64,000 nucleotides of DNA, from the NCBI GenBank assembly GCA_043228905.1, contig JBHGNT010000018.1:11470001-11534000 (forward strand), written 5' to 3'. This document shows, in pieces, positions 1-11,650 of the stretch. Positions within the stretch are counted from its first letter, which is position 1. The number at the start of each line of letters is the position of its first letter. The stretch comes from Azolla caroliniana. Its lineage: Eukaryota > Plantae > Polypodiophyta. Both the position numbers and the translations under genes were made by a program. The notes beneath the pieces are model-generated. The model saw nothing but the letters and a program-made list of their open reading frames with translations. It did not search any database and had not been told where the DNA came from.

Positions 1-15
1 GGATACGCAGTCGGA

Positions 16-612
16 GTGGTGAGCCGGTTTATGAGCAATCCCGGCAAGGAGCACTGGAACGCGGTCAAATGGATACTCCAGTATTTGAAGGGCACTTCAA
101 ATATGTGTCTCCGATTCAGCTCCGGAAAACCTCAACTTGACGATTTCACCTATTCGGACATGTCGGCTGATGTGGATACCAACCGGTCTACATCCGGGTA
201 TGTAATGAAATATGCAGGGGAAGCAGTTTCGTGGCAGTCGAGGCTGCAGAAGACGGTTGCATTGTCAACCACGGAGGCGGAGTACATGGCAGCTGTGGAT
301 GCCGGCAAAGAAATATTATGGATGAAGGACTTCATCGGAGAGCTCGGTATCCGGCAAGATGAATACCGACTCTATTGCGACAGTCAAAGTGCCATCCATC
401 TTGCTAAGAATGCGGCCTACCATTCCCGGATGAAGCATATCCAACGAAGATATCACTGGATCCGGGAAAGAGTAGATGACCAGGAGTTCGCACTGTCCAA
501 GATCCACACGGCCGAGAATGGGTCAGATATGTTGACCAAAGTTCTGATACCCGACAAGCTGGATGCATGCCGGAAGTGGATCAGACTGGTAAGACACCCC
601 ATGTCGGAGTGA
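16..612 (+). pseudogene. copia RT C-terminus/RNase H (A1)
   Basis: Motifs HWNAVKWILQYLKGT, STTEAEY, KHIQRRYHWIRE; near-identical to ORF 35308-36135. Confidence 0.9.
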
Positions 613-622
613 AGGGGGATTT

Positions 623-1283
623 TGTTGGGAGACAGGTCCCTCCGGATGGGAAGAGAGAAGAACAGTGCCGATGAACAAACTAGGCTGAGGCCAGAACCGG
701 ATGAGGAGTACCCGGCTACGGAGAGCCGGATGACGCAGAGCCGGTGAGAACCGGATGAGGAGTACCCGGCTACGGAGAGCCGGATGGTGCAGACCCGGTG
801 AAAACCGGATGAAGAGACATATTCGTAAATTTGATTCTGAGAGTCCATCGAGGCTATATTTGTAAATAGCCGAAAAGTCATATTAGTATAAATATGACTT
901 AGGGCAAACTTATAGTAATGGTAGTTGTTGTTGTTGTCAATTTTTCTTGTTGGTGCAAGAAGAAGAGAGAGCACGAAACAATGTACAGAGAGAGAGAGAG
1001 AGAAAGAGGTCGTTGCCTCTGTTGTAACCGCCGCCTGTGGCGAAGATCGTGAGCACGAGGTCGTTGCCTCCGTGAACTCACTGTTTTGTACATTCCAACA
1101 TAGTGATAGTTTGCAGCTTGTGGGCTGCCGTGGTTTTTCCCTTAGTTTGGGTTTTCCACGTAAACATCCTGTGCACCTTTTCTCTCCTTTGTGTCGTGCT
1201 TTATCGTTTCCTGTTTTTCTGTGTATGATTCTAAGCTCGGTTGTGGCCGAGCGTTATGCATAAGGAGCCTTGAGTTCCGGACA
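623..1283 (+). repeat. 3' LTR of A1 with internal ~55-bp CCGG-rich duplication and (GA)n
   Basis: TG...CA ends right after the PPT; closely matches the reverse complement of solo LTR 60409-61072. Confidence 0.9.
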
Positions 1284-4211
1284 TCAGATAGACCCGATTG
1301 AGAATGAAAATCCTCTAGAAGCATACAAGGCGAACGAGTGGCTAAAGTTGGATAGAATCGTCCGCGCCACGATTCGGATGCACTTGTCGGAGTTAGTGTA
1401 CTTCACAGTGCAATCATGCACGACAGCGTTTGAACTATGGAAAACACTGTCGGAAACTTATGAAAAGAAGGTTGTCGCAACGAAGATGTATCTGATCCAG
1501 CACCTCTACAACTATGTCGGCTCTTCAGCCGAAATTTTGACAACCGACCCGGACATACTATCCATAGAGAACCCAGTCGAATCGGAAGTTCTTCGTACGA
1601 GTGAGGAATCGAGCACATGGCTCCTAGACTCGGGCGCATCGTATAATGTGACACCTCACCAATCTCAGTTTCGGCAATACTCGGACCGACACTCCGACTT
1701 AGTTCGAGTCGGAAACTCGCAGCACTGTGCTATAATTGGAATCGGCACCGAAGAGCTCAATCTTCCGGGAGGCTCTACACTCGTACTACACAACGTCTAA
1801 CACGTTCCTGAGCTCTCAAGACCCTTGATCTCAGTCAGACAACTTGACGAAGCCGGCATCCATGCCGGATTCTCATCAGGAGGGTGGACACTCCACAAAG
1901 GGAACCTCCTGCTTGCTTGAGGACCAAAGATACATTGCTTGTATCCTTTATATGTCACACTCAAAGACGGTGACTTATTTTTGGTTCATATCCTTGTGTC
2001 ATTGTTATGGCACGGACGACTTGGACACCTCAGCAAGGCCGGCATAATGCACCTATCCAAAGCCGGTTACATCCCCAAACTCTCCTTCTCGGATCACCAA
2101 TTCTGCGAGCATTGCAAGTAAGTCAAACAAGTAGCCACATCACACCCGACATGAGCACCAAGAGAATCGAGTCCCCTCGATTTGGTCCACTCGGACGTCT
2201 ATAGCCCGATGCCACATCAGTCTCTCAGCGGTGGTTCGTACTTCGTCAGTTTGATTGATGACTCGACTCGGAAGGTGTGGGCTTACCCCAACAGATCCAA
2301 AGATCGGGTGTTCTCGATCTTCTCCGAATGGCTTGCAATGGTTGAAAATCAGACCGGTTGGAAACTAAAATGTCTCCGAACCAACAATGGAGGAGAATTC
2401 AAGTTGAAGAATTCGTCAAATTCTGCCGGGAACGCGGCATTCGACGTGAATATACGGTACCCTATAGTCCGAAGCAGAACGGAATTGTTGAACGCATGAA
2501 TCGGACGATTCAAGAACGCATAGTATCCATGTTCCAGCACTCTAGATTGTCGGGTGGCTTCTGGGGGGAGGCTCTACATACCGCAGTACACATAATAAAT
2601 ATGTCGCCAAGTAGACCTCTAGGACTTCAAATACCTCACGAAATATGGACCGACAGTAAGCCGAACTATAACAAACTCAGGATCTTCGGTTGCGAGGCGT
2701 ATGCTCTTATACCGAAAGACGATTGCCGGAAACTCGAACCAAGGTCAAGGAAATGGGTTTTTCTTGGATATGGACCCGACGGCGAGATTGGATACCGACT
2801 GTGGGACCCCGAGCACAGACAAATCGTCCAAAGTTCGGACGTCGTGTTCAACGAGTCGGCTATGGATAAAACGGCCGAAAGGCCTATTGAAGTCCGAAGG
2901 GTAATATTTTCCGAAGTGCCAAGCCTTCATGACAACCCACCCCACAACACGAGATCGGTTTCACAGGTAACCGACAACTCTCTCACCGAATCCACCGATT
3001 CGGCACAACTGAATGGCTCGGCTCCCGATCTTCCGACATTGACACCCGGTGTGACTAGTCCAATAATACCTCGCAGATCCGAGAAACTGTCGCAACCTCC
3101 GAAGAGGTACTCTCCCAGAATTTTCTTTACCGACGCCATCGAACCGACGTCTTACGAAGACGCATCAGCATCTGCCTATTCATCCACATGGCATCTGGCG
3201 ATGGAGTCGGAAATGCACTCCATTCGGGCAAACAAGATTTGGGACTTGGTTGAATTGCCGAAGAATCGACGTGCTCTTCCGTGTAAGTGGGTCTATCGAC
3301 TAAAACAGACGTCCGACTCGACCACCCCAAAGTACAAGGCCAGATTAGTTGCGAAGGGATTTTGACAAGAATATGGTGTAGACTTTGACGAAATCTTTTC
3401 ACCAGTGGTGAAAATGACGACCCTTCGTTTCATGCTCGGCGTCGTGGCCGCCGACAACTTGGAGTTGATTCAACTAGATGTAAAAACAACATTCCTCCAC
3501 GGTGACCTACAAGAGGAAATCTATATGGATCAGCCGAAAGGCTTTGTGGCATCCGGCCAAGAACATCTAGTCGGCCGACTCAGGAAGAGTCTCTACGGCC
3601 TCAAACAAGCACCCCGACAGTGGTACAAGAAGTTGGACGACTTCATCCAATCGATCGGCTTGTTAAAGAGCGATGAGGACCACTGTCTCTTTACCAACAC
3701 AACACAAGACGGGTCTCCCGTCTTCCTCATCATCTACGTGGATGACATGCTCCTCTCCGGCCGGCCTGCCGGAGAGCTCACCGAACTCGTTCAGAAACTG
3801 CGATTGAAATTTTCCATGAAGGAACTCGGTCCGGCAAGACACATACTTGGTATGAAAATCAGTCGGCATCGCAATAAAAGACAAGTTTTCTTGTCTCAAA
3901 CCGACTACATCGGACGTGTCTTGGAACGCTTCAACATGCACTTGGCCAAGTCTGCTTCGACCCCGCACCCCATTAACCTTCGGCTGTCTCAGCGAGACTA
4001 CCCAACATCCGGTCCGAAGGGGGAAGATATGAAGTCGGTACCATATGCACCGGTAGTCCGCTCTCTTATGTACGCGATGGTCATGACACGGCCTGATATT
4101 TCTCACACCGTAGGAGTTGTCAGCAGATTCATGCACAACCCCGGCCAATCGCACTGGAACGCAGTCAAGCATGTGTTCAGATATCTAGCGGGCACAAAAG
4201 ACCACGGCATT
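1284..4211 (+). mobile_element. Ty1/copia element B1 internal region (gag with deletion, PR, INT, RT); resumes at 19418-19463
   Basis: WLLDSGAS protease, HSDVYSP and QNGIVERMNRTI integrase, YVDDML RT. Collinear with B2 (24731-30635). Sequence resumes at 19418 (ACATTCTTTTCAGCCCGAACTC) after the C insertion. Confidence 0.92.
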
Positions 4212-4642
4212 TGTAAAAAGTAGCATGCGGAAGCAAGTATGAAGACCGAACAGAAGGAAGAAAACTCAGTTTTAATGAAGAGCTTGAGCTTATGCAGTAT
4301 ATGCGGGAGAGATAGAGCAAGTGAGAGAGAGAAAACACAAGAACTATATTCAACACTCTATACATATGTGTGTTCAATGAACACTTTTATACAAGTCCTA
4401 GAAGGATTGACAGAAGTACTGACAGTACTTCAATGCTCATTAAGAGCTCCTACATTAACTCCCAAATATATTCCTCACGGAATATCTTTCCTAACGGCCT
4501 CCCGATTTACGCACTGATCCGGCCCTACCTACGCACCGGTCTGCGTACCGGTTTACGCATTCGGCCTAACCGATCGGTCCCAACCGATCCGGTCCTCGTC
4601 TTCTTCTGCCGATCCGGCCAATGTTGAGCTTGTCTCTCAACA
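4212..4642 (-). repeat. 3' LTR of copia family C (C1)
   Basis: TGTAAAAAG...CTCTCAACA. Minus-strand PPT (CTCCCCCTCAAG) at 4643. Left flank GCATT versus ACATT after 19417. Confidence 0.92.
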
Positions 4643-6461
4643 CTCCCCCTCAAGTTCAACTTGAGGCTCTTCGAGATCTTCGGGCTCACAGCTCCGGTTC
4701 CTCCTGGCTTCACGCCTTGCTCGCGCTGCTCGACCTGTTCGACTCCGCGCGCTTCAACCCTTCCGGTCGGCTTGTCTGCTCATGTGGCCCTTATAAGCTC
4801 TTCTGTTGTTGCGGTGTTGACGCTTCTCCTGCTGCCTTTCCTTCCGCTTGGACCTCAGTTGATTCAGTGTCTCTGAATCAAACATCCGAACCGACTCAGC
4901 TACCTCCGATCGGTTTTCGCTCTCGTCCGAGTTGGCTGTCTCCAACTCGTCTTCGGTCTTCTCGCCCTCGATGGCGTCATCTTCCCCATGTGTGGTTGGC
5001 TTCCGCTCTCGCCTTCGACTGCTCCCCTTTTGTCCGCTTCCGGACTTTTGCGCGGGTCCGCCCTCGGCTTCTTCAGCCGATCCGAAGTCGAACTCGACAA
5101 CTGACTCAGTGTTGCGGTCTCCGCTCCTTTCCTGCTGCCTTCCTTGGTCGTTCGGAACTGTTCACCCCCTCAAGTTTTGCAGGTCGAGGTGACGCAATCC
5201 GAGCGCACCTGAGAATTGCCGCAACTTGTCCAGACCAAGAGGTTTGGTGAAGATGTCGGCAGTCTGTCGATCCGTCGGAACGTACTGAAGTTCGACTTCA
5301 CCGGAAAGGACACGCTCACAGACGAAATGGTAGTGCACCTCAATGTGCTTATTCCGTGCGTGGAAAACGGGGTTTTTATCTGAGCTGGATGCTGCTGAGG
5401 TTGTCACAGTAGATCGTCGTCGGATCTGACACCTCCTCTTGCAGGTACTTAAGTAGCCGCTTCAACCATATGGCTTCGCATGTCGCGACACCCGCTCCTT
5501 GGTACTCAGCTTCAGTGCTCGACAATGCAATTGTCGGCTGCTTCTTACTGCTCCACGCGATCGCGGCACTCCCGAGGGAGAACGCGTATCCGGACGTGGA
5601 TCGGCGATCGGCGACGTTGCCAGCCCAATCAGCATCGGTGTAGCCGACTAACTGCGCGGTTGCACCGGTCCGATATAGCAGTCCCCGGTCCTTAGTGCCG
5701 TTGACATATCGAAGTATCCATGAACTGACTGATCACTCCGACCGTATAACTGAGGTTGGCTCGAGTGATGGTCAAGTTTATGAGGCTTCCGACAATTTCT
5801 CGGAACCTCGTCGAGTCGCATACCTTTCCCGCATCGGGACGAAGCTTGACGGTTCTGTCCAGAGCAGTCGAGACGGACTTACAGCCGGCCAATCCGAATT
5901 TGAAGAGCATACTCAACACGTATGACGTTGGCTGATCAATATGCCTTCGGGGGTACGGATCACTTTGATCCCGAGGAAGTAATGTAGGTCCCCTTGATCC
6001 TTAATGTCGATTGATGCCGCAAGCTGGAGCTTCACGCGGTCGATTTCACCTAGGTCGGCGCCGGTGATGACCAAGTCATCAACATATAGTAAAATACTAA
6101 CCGGTCCAAGTCGACCTTTCCGGATGAACAAGGAAGAGTCCGATTTTGACGTGACGAAGCCCATCCGACGCAGTTGTTGTGTGATCTTCACGTTCCAGGC
6201 ACGCGGGGCTTGCTACAGTCTATAAAGGGACTTCTTCCGTCGGCATACTGCTGAGGAGTTCGTTCCGGAGATGAATCCGGGGGGCTGTACCATGTACACC
6301 TGTTCCTCAAGGTCACCTTGCAGGAACGCATTCTTTACATCCATCTGATGTAAGTGCCACCCCTTCACCGCAGCTACTGCGAGCAAAACACGGACGATCG
6401 TCATTTTCGCGACTGGCGCAAACGTCTCATCGTAGTCGATGCCGTGTTTCTACGCGTAGCC
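4643..6461 (-). mobile_element. copia C1 3' internal region (RT/RNase H, 3' tail), truncated
   Basis: [33 protein letters not shown]; near-duplicate of 7481-9357. Confidence 0.9.
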
Positions 6462-7076
6462 GGAAGCTGTGGGCCACACCGTTGAAGATGAAGGATCAGG
6501 TGCTATCCGTCTTCAAAGAGCTCCACGCGAGAGTGGAAAGAGAAACCGGCTGGAAGCTGAAGGCGGTTCGAGCAGATAACGGAGGAGAATACCGGGGGCA
6601 GTTCGAGGAGTACTGCCGCTCGAAGGGAATCCGGCTCGAATTTACCGTGCCGAAGACGCCAGAACTAAACGGATTGGCCGAGAGGATGAACCGAACCATA
6701 ATGGAGAGGGTCCGGAGTATGCTAGCACATGCAAAACTACCCAAGAAGTTTTGGGCTGAGGCACTGTCGATCTGGCGACATATGTGATAAATAGATCACC
6801 CTTGGACGGAGACACACCACAAAGAGTGTGGACCGGTAAGGAAGTATCCTACTGGCATCTGAAGGTGTTCGGGTGTCTCGCGTACGTGCATGTAGCTAAG
6901 GACCGGAGAGGAAAGTTAGATCCAAAGACCCGGCCATGCATATTCCTCGGTTACGGTGACGATGAGTTCGGCTACCGAGTGTGGGACCTGGTCGACAAGA
7001 AGGTATTCCGGAGTCGAGATATTATCTTCATGGAGGACAAGACGCTCGTCGACTAGGAGTCGGAGAAGAAGATAAT
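6458..7076 (+). pseudogene. family A copia integrase fragment
   Basis: RADNGGEY, NGLAERMNRTI, CIFLGYGDDEFGYR; nearly identical to ORF 36919-37746. Joined to C1 at a shared AGCC. Confidence 0.9.
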
Positions 7077-7480
7077 TGTAGAAAGTACCATGCAGAAGCA
7101 AGTATGAAGACCGAACAGAAGGAAGGAAACTCAGGTTCAATGGAGAGCTTGAGCTTACACGGTATACGCGGGAGAGACAGAGAGAGTGAGAGAGAAGACA
7201 CAAAAAATATAAAGAAGTACACAATCTCTATTCACCACTCTCTATACATATGTGTGTTCCATGAACACTTTTATACAAGTCCTTGAAGGACTAACCGATG
7301 TACTGACCGTACTTCAATGCTCTTTAAGAGCTCCTACACTAACTCCCAAATATATTCCTCACGGAATATCTTTCCTGACGGCCTCCCGGTTTATTCACTT
7401 GGCCTAACCGATCGGTCCCAACCGATCCGGTCCTCGGCTTCTTCAGCTGATCCGGCCGATGTTGAGCTTGTCTCTCCACA
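7077..7480 (-). repeat. second 3' LTR of family C (C2 variant)
   Basis: TGTAGAAAG...CTCTCCACA followed by PPT CTCCCCCTCAAG; interrupts the family A integrase after ATAAT. Confidence 0.9.
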
Positions 7481-10400
7481 CTCCCCCTCAAGCTCAACTC
7501 GAGGCTCTTGGGGATCCTCGGGCTCACGGCTCCGGTTCCTCTTGGCTTCACGCCTCGCTCGCGCTCCTCGACCTGTTTGACTCCGCGCGCTTCGACCCTT
7601 CCGGTCAGCTTGTCTGCTCATGCGGCCCTTATCAGCTCTTCTGCTATTGCGGTGTTGACGCTTCTCCTGCTACCTTTTTTTTCGCTTGGGCCTCGGTTGA
7701 TTCAGCGTATCTGAATCAAACATCCGAACCGACTCGGCTACCTCCGATCGGTTTTCTCTCTCGTCCGAGTTGGTTGTCTCCAACTCGTCTTCCGTCTTCT
7801 CACCCTTGGTGGCGTCATCTTCCCCATGCGTGGTTGGCTTCGGCTCTCTCCTTCGGTTGCTCCCCTTTTGTCCGCTTCCGAACTTTTCCGCGGGTTCGCC
7901 CTCGGCTTCTTGCCGATCCGAAGTCGAACTCGTCACCCGAGTCAACACCCGAGTCAACCAACTCGGTGTCGCGGTCTCCGCTCCTTTCCTGCTGCTTTGC
8001 TTGGTCGTTCGGGACTGTTCTCCCCCTCAAGTTCGGCACGTCAAGGTGACGCAATCCAAGCGCACCTAAAAATTGCCGCAACTTGTCCAAACCAAGAGGC
8101 TTGGTGAAGATGTCGGCAGCCTGCCGATCCGTCAGAACGTACTAAAGTTCGACTTCACCAGAAAGGACACGCTCACGGACGAAATGGTAGTGCACCTCAA
8201 TGTGCTTGGTTCGTGCGTGGAAAACGGGGTTTTTCGCGAGTTGGATGCTGCTGAGGTTGTCACAATAGATCGTCGTTGGATCGGACACCTCCTCTTGCAA
8301 GTCCTTAAGTAGCCACTTCAACCACATGGCTTCGCATGTCACGACAGCCGCTCCTCGGTACTCAGCTTCGGTACTCGACAGTGCAACTGTCGGCTGCTTC
8401 TTACTGCTCCACGCGATCGCGGCACTCCCGAGGGAGAACGCGTATCCGGACATGGATCGGCGATCTGCAACGTTGCCAGCCCAATCAGCATCGGTGTAGC
8501 CGACTAACTGCGCGGCTGCACCAGTCCGATATAGCAGTCCTTAGTCCTTAGTGCCGCTTACGTACCGCAGTACGCTTTGCGCACACTGAAGGTGCTCCTC
8601 GGTAGGTCGCACCATGAACTGACTGATCACCCCGACTGGATAACTGAGGTCGGGTCGGGTGATGGTCAGGTATTTGAGGCTTCCGACAATTTGTCGGAAC
8701 CTCGTCGGGTCGCATACCTTTCCCGTATTGGGACGAAGCTTGACGGTTCTGTCCAGAGGAGTCGAGATTGACTTACAATCGGCCATCCTGAATTTGAAGA
8801 GCATACTCAGCACGTAGTGACGTTGGCTCATCAATATGCCTTTGGGGATATGGATCACTTCGATCCCGAGGAAGTAATGAAGGTCCCCCAGATCCTTCAT
8901 GTCGAACGATGCCACAAACTGGAGCTTCACGCGGTCGATTTCATCGAGGTTGGCGCCGGTGATGACCAAGTCATCAACATATAGTAAAATACTAACCGGT
9001 CCGAGTCGACCTTTCCGGATGAACAGGGAAGAGTCTGATTTTGACGTGACGAAGCCCATCCGACGCAGTTGTTGCGTGATCTTCACGTTCAAGGCATGCG
9101 GGGCTTGCTTTAGTCCGTAAAGGGACTTCTTCAGTCGGCATACTGCAGAGGAGTTCGTTCCGGAGTGAAATCCGAGGGGCTGTACCATGTACACCTGTTA
9201 CTCAAGGTCACCTTGCAGGAACGCATTCTTTACATCCATTTGATGTAGGTGCCACCCTTTCACCGCAGCTACTGCGAGCAAAACACGGATGATCGTCATT
9301 TTCGCGACCGGCGCAAACCTCTCATCGTAGTCGATGCCGTGTTTCTGCGCGTAGCCCTTTGCCACTAGCCAAGCCTTGTACCGGTTGACCGAGCCATCGG
9401 TGTTGTACTTCACCTTGTACACCCACCTACACCCGATCGGCTTCACACCCTTCGGTGCGTCAACCAGGTCCCAGGTCTCGTTCTCCGCCAATGCGTGCAT
9501 CTCTTCCTCCATCGCGGATCGCCAATTCACGTCTTTAGCTGCTTCTGCGTAGCTCTCCGGCTCACGCACTTCCGCTACACGGGTCATGTATGCATAATGA
9601 TGCGCCATGTACTCGTTGTATCTGAACCGATGTCGAGGCCTTCTCGGTCGACGTGGTCTTCACCTTTAAAGACCCGTCACCGGTTCCCTCGGAGTCGGAC
9701 TCGCGTCGGTCTGACTCGTTCCTATCCGTGCCGGAATCCGACACCTTCTTCTTCCCTTTCTCTTTGCGCGTAAGCCGTCTCCTCAGCTTCCTGCGCGGGG
9801 AATGCACGGCCGAGTCTCCACTACTCGCCGACTCTTCATCGAACTCTCTTCGCGGGTCTCGATTTCGGGCTCATCCACAGGCATCTCGGGCTCGTTGACC
9901 TCATCGTTAGAGCTTGAATTGGAGTCGGGGGCTGGTACCAGGACGCGGACGTCAAACACAACGTCGCGGTTGACACGCGCTTGTTTTGTGCGAGGGTTAT
10001 AGCACTTATAACCCTTCTGCTCGTCCGAGTAACTGACCAAGATGCATTTCTCGGCTTCTGCGTCCAGCTTCCTCCTTTTCTCCTTCGGTACATGCACATA
10101 CGCAATGCTACCGAACACCCTCAAGTGTCGCAAGTTCGGCTTCGTTCCGAAATACAGCTCATGCGCCGACACTTTGTCTCCGATCCGGTTCTGGATGTAT
10201 ACCGCGGTCCTTACCGCCTCGGCCCAGTAGAACTTGGGCAAGCTCTTCTCCTCCAGCATTGCTCGTGCCGTTGTCGTGTGAATCTTCACACACTATGTAA
10301 AAAAATAATGAAATAACTATTATAGATTAGATTAGTAGCTTACTATAGAAAGATGGATATACTCAAGAACTTCAAAATGTATTTTACTATATACAAAATG

Positions 10401-10576
10401 GAGACAAGTTATGAGAAAATAAAGTTTGATTAGATAGGGAAATTAGAACTATCCCACATAGATAGGAAAGTTAAGGCCCTGGCTATATAAACACCTTGAG
10501 CTCCCTCATTTTTCATTTGTGCTAAGAGCACTTTGGCCACTTTGTCTTGATGGATGATGGTGGCCAAATTCCCTAA

Positions 10577-10925
10577 AACCGGAAACCGGCCGGTAAGCAA
10601 ATCTGGAAACCGGCAAGTATGCAATTCGGAAACCGGCCGGCAAGCAAACCGGAAATCGGCCGGTAAGCAAAACCGGAAACCGGCCGGGCAAAACCGGAAA
10701 CCGGCCGGTAAGCAAAACTGGAACCGGAACCAGCAAGCAAAACCGGAACCGGAACCAGCAAGCAAAACCGGAACCGGATCCGGTAAGTAAACCGGAACCG
10801 GCCGGCAAGCAAAACCGGAACCGAAACCGGCAAGGAAACCGGAACCGGCCGGCAAGCAAAATCGGAACCGGAACCGGCAAGCAAACCGGAATCGGCCAGC
10901 AAGCAAAATCGGAACCGGCTACCGG
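10577..10925 (+). repeat. CCGG-rich degenerate tandem array in the G1 LTR (copy at ~16378-16540)
   Basis: Repeated GCAAGCAAAACCGGAACCGG-like units. Confidence 0.88.
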
Positions 10926-11601
10926 ATGAGGTTGGACGCGGACGGACGAAAGATTGGATCATGCAACAAACTAAAGTAAAGTGAAGAGAACTAAAGTAAA
11001 GGCCATGTCGACGCAAGCAACTAAAGAAGGAGTGCATGGAAAAAGTAAAGTTCATGTGGACAGTCACATGCAACCAAAAGAAAAAGCTAGGCAACTAAAA
11101 GTAGAGGCCATGCAACAAAAAGTGAAAAGGCTATGATCAAGGGAGAACTCCATATTTATTCCATTTTTTTTCCTACACTAGGACTCACTCTCCATATTAT
11201 CTTCTTTTTTTTTTCTTTTGTTGGGGAGCTCTCTTATCTTATCGAAGCCAATAACCCTAATCTTCCCTACGGAAGCTATCTCTCAAGTAAACCATAATTT
11301 CCATACGGAAGCAATCTCTCCAAATCCAAAATTCCTTGTCAAAGCCATATCACTCAAGAATCATAATCTCTTATTTCCTCTTATCTATTATTCTAATCAT
11401 CTCCATAAGATAAAACTTTTGTAATCCCAATCTTGGGATTGATTGTAATCTTTCTTTCCCTTTTATTAATGAAATTTGTTAATCTTTCACATTTCGGTTA
11501 ATTCTTAGTATATAAATACACGAATTTGATATCCTCTAGACAAAGACCCCGGGGTCTTGCCTCAACGTTCACGTATCCTCGTCGTATTTTCGCGACATCT
11601 T

Positions 11602-11619
11602 TGGTGAACCCGATGTGAA
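11602..11619 (+). other. primer binding site, tRNA-Trp
   Basis: TGGTGAACCCGATGTGAA lies 4 nt after the LTR and matches the complement of the plant tRNA-Trp 3' end as I recall it (TGGTGAACCCGACGTGAA) with one C>T. Confidence 0.8.
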
Positions 11620-11650
11620 ACGAGGCAGTAGGAGGATATCAAGTACGAAG

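Larger units (their letters stand above)
1..1283 (+). mobile_element. Ty1/copia element A1, 3' end (RT/RNase H, PPT, 3' LTR)
   Basis: ORF 16-612 has copia RNase H motifs (SWQSRLQKTVALSTTEAEY, CDSQSAIHLAKN). The PPT GAAGGGGGA at 611 overlaps the stop codon. The LTR runs TGTTGGGAG(623)...CCGGACA(1283) and is followed by interrupted gag of B1. Confidence 0.93.

Noticed and set aside
3663-4172. Numerous ORFs antisense to pol genes
   Set aside because: They are shadow frames of TE coding sequence with no independent evidence.
4621-5250. Antisense ORF in the C 3' region (also 7459-8049)
   Set aside because: GC-rich and stop-poor, starts at a TTG within the LTR, and the two copies diverge in frame near the end; no motif support.
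10430-11094. RFRF/GSG-rich ORFs (also 16127-16707)
   Set aside because: They arise from the stop-poor CCGG array in the G1 LTRs.
11602-11623. tRNA gene
   Set aside because: Only the complement of a tRNA 3' end is present (a PBS); no cloverleaf.
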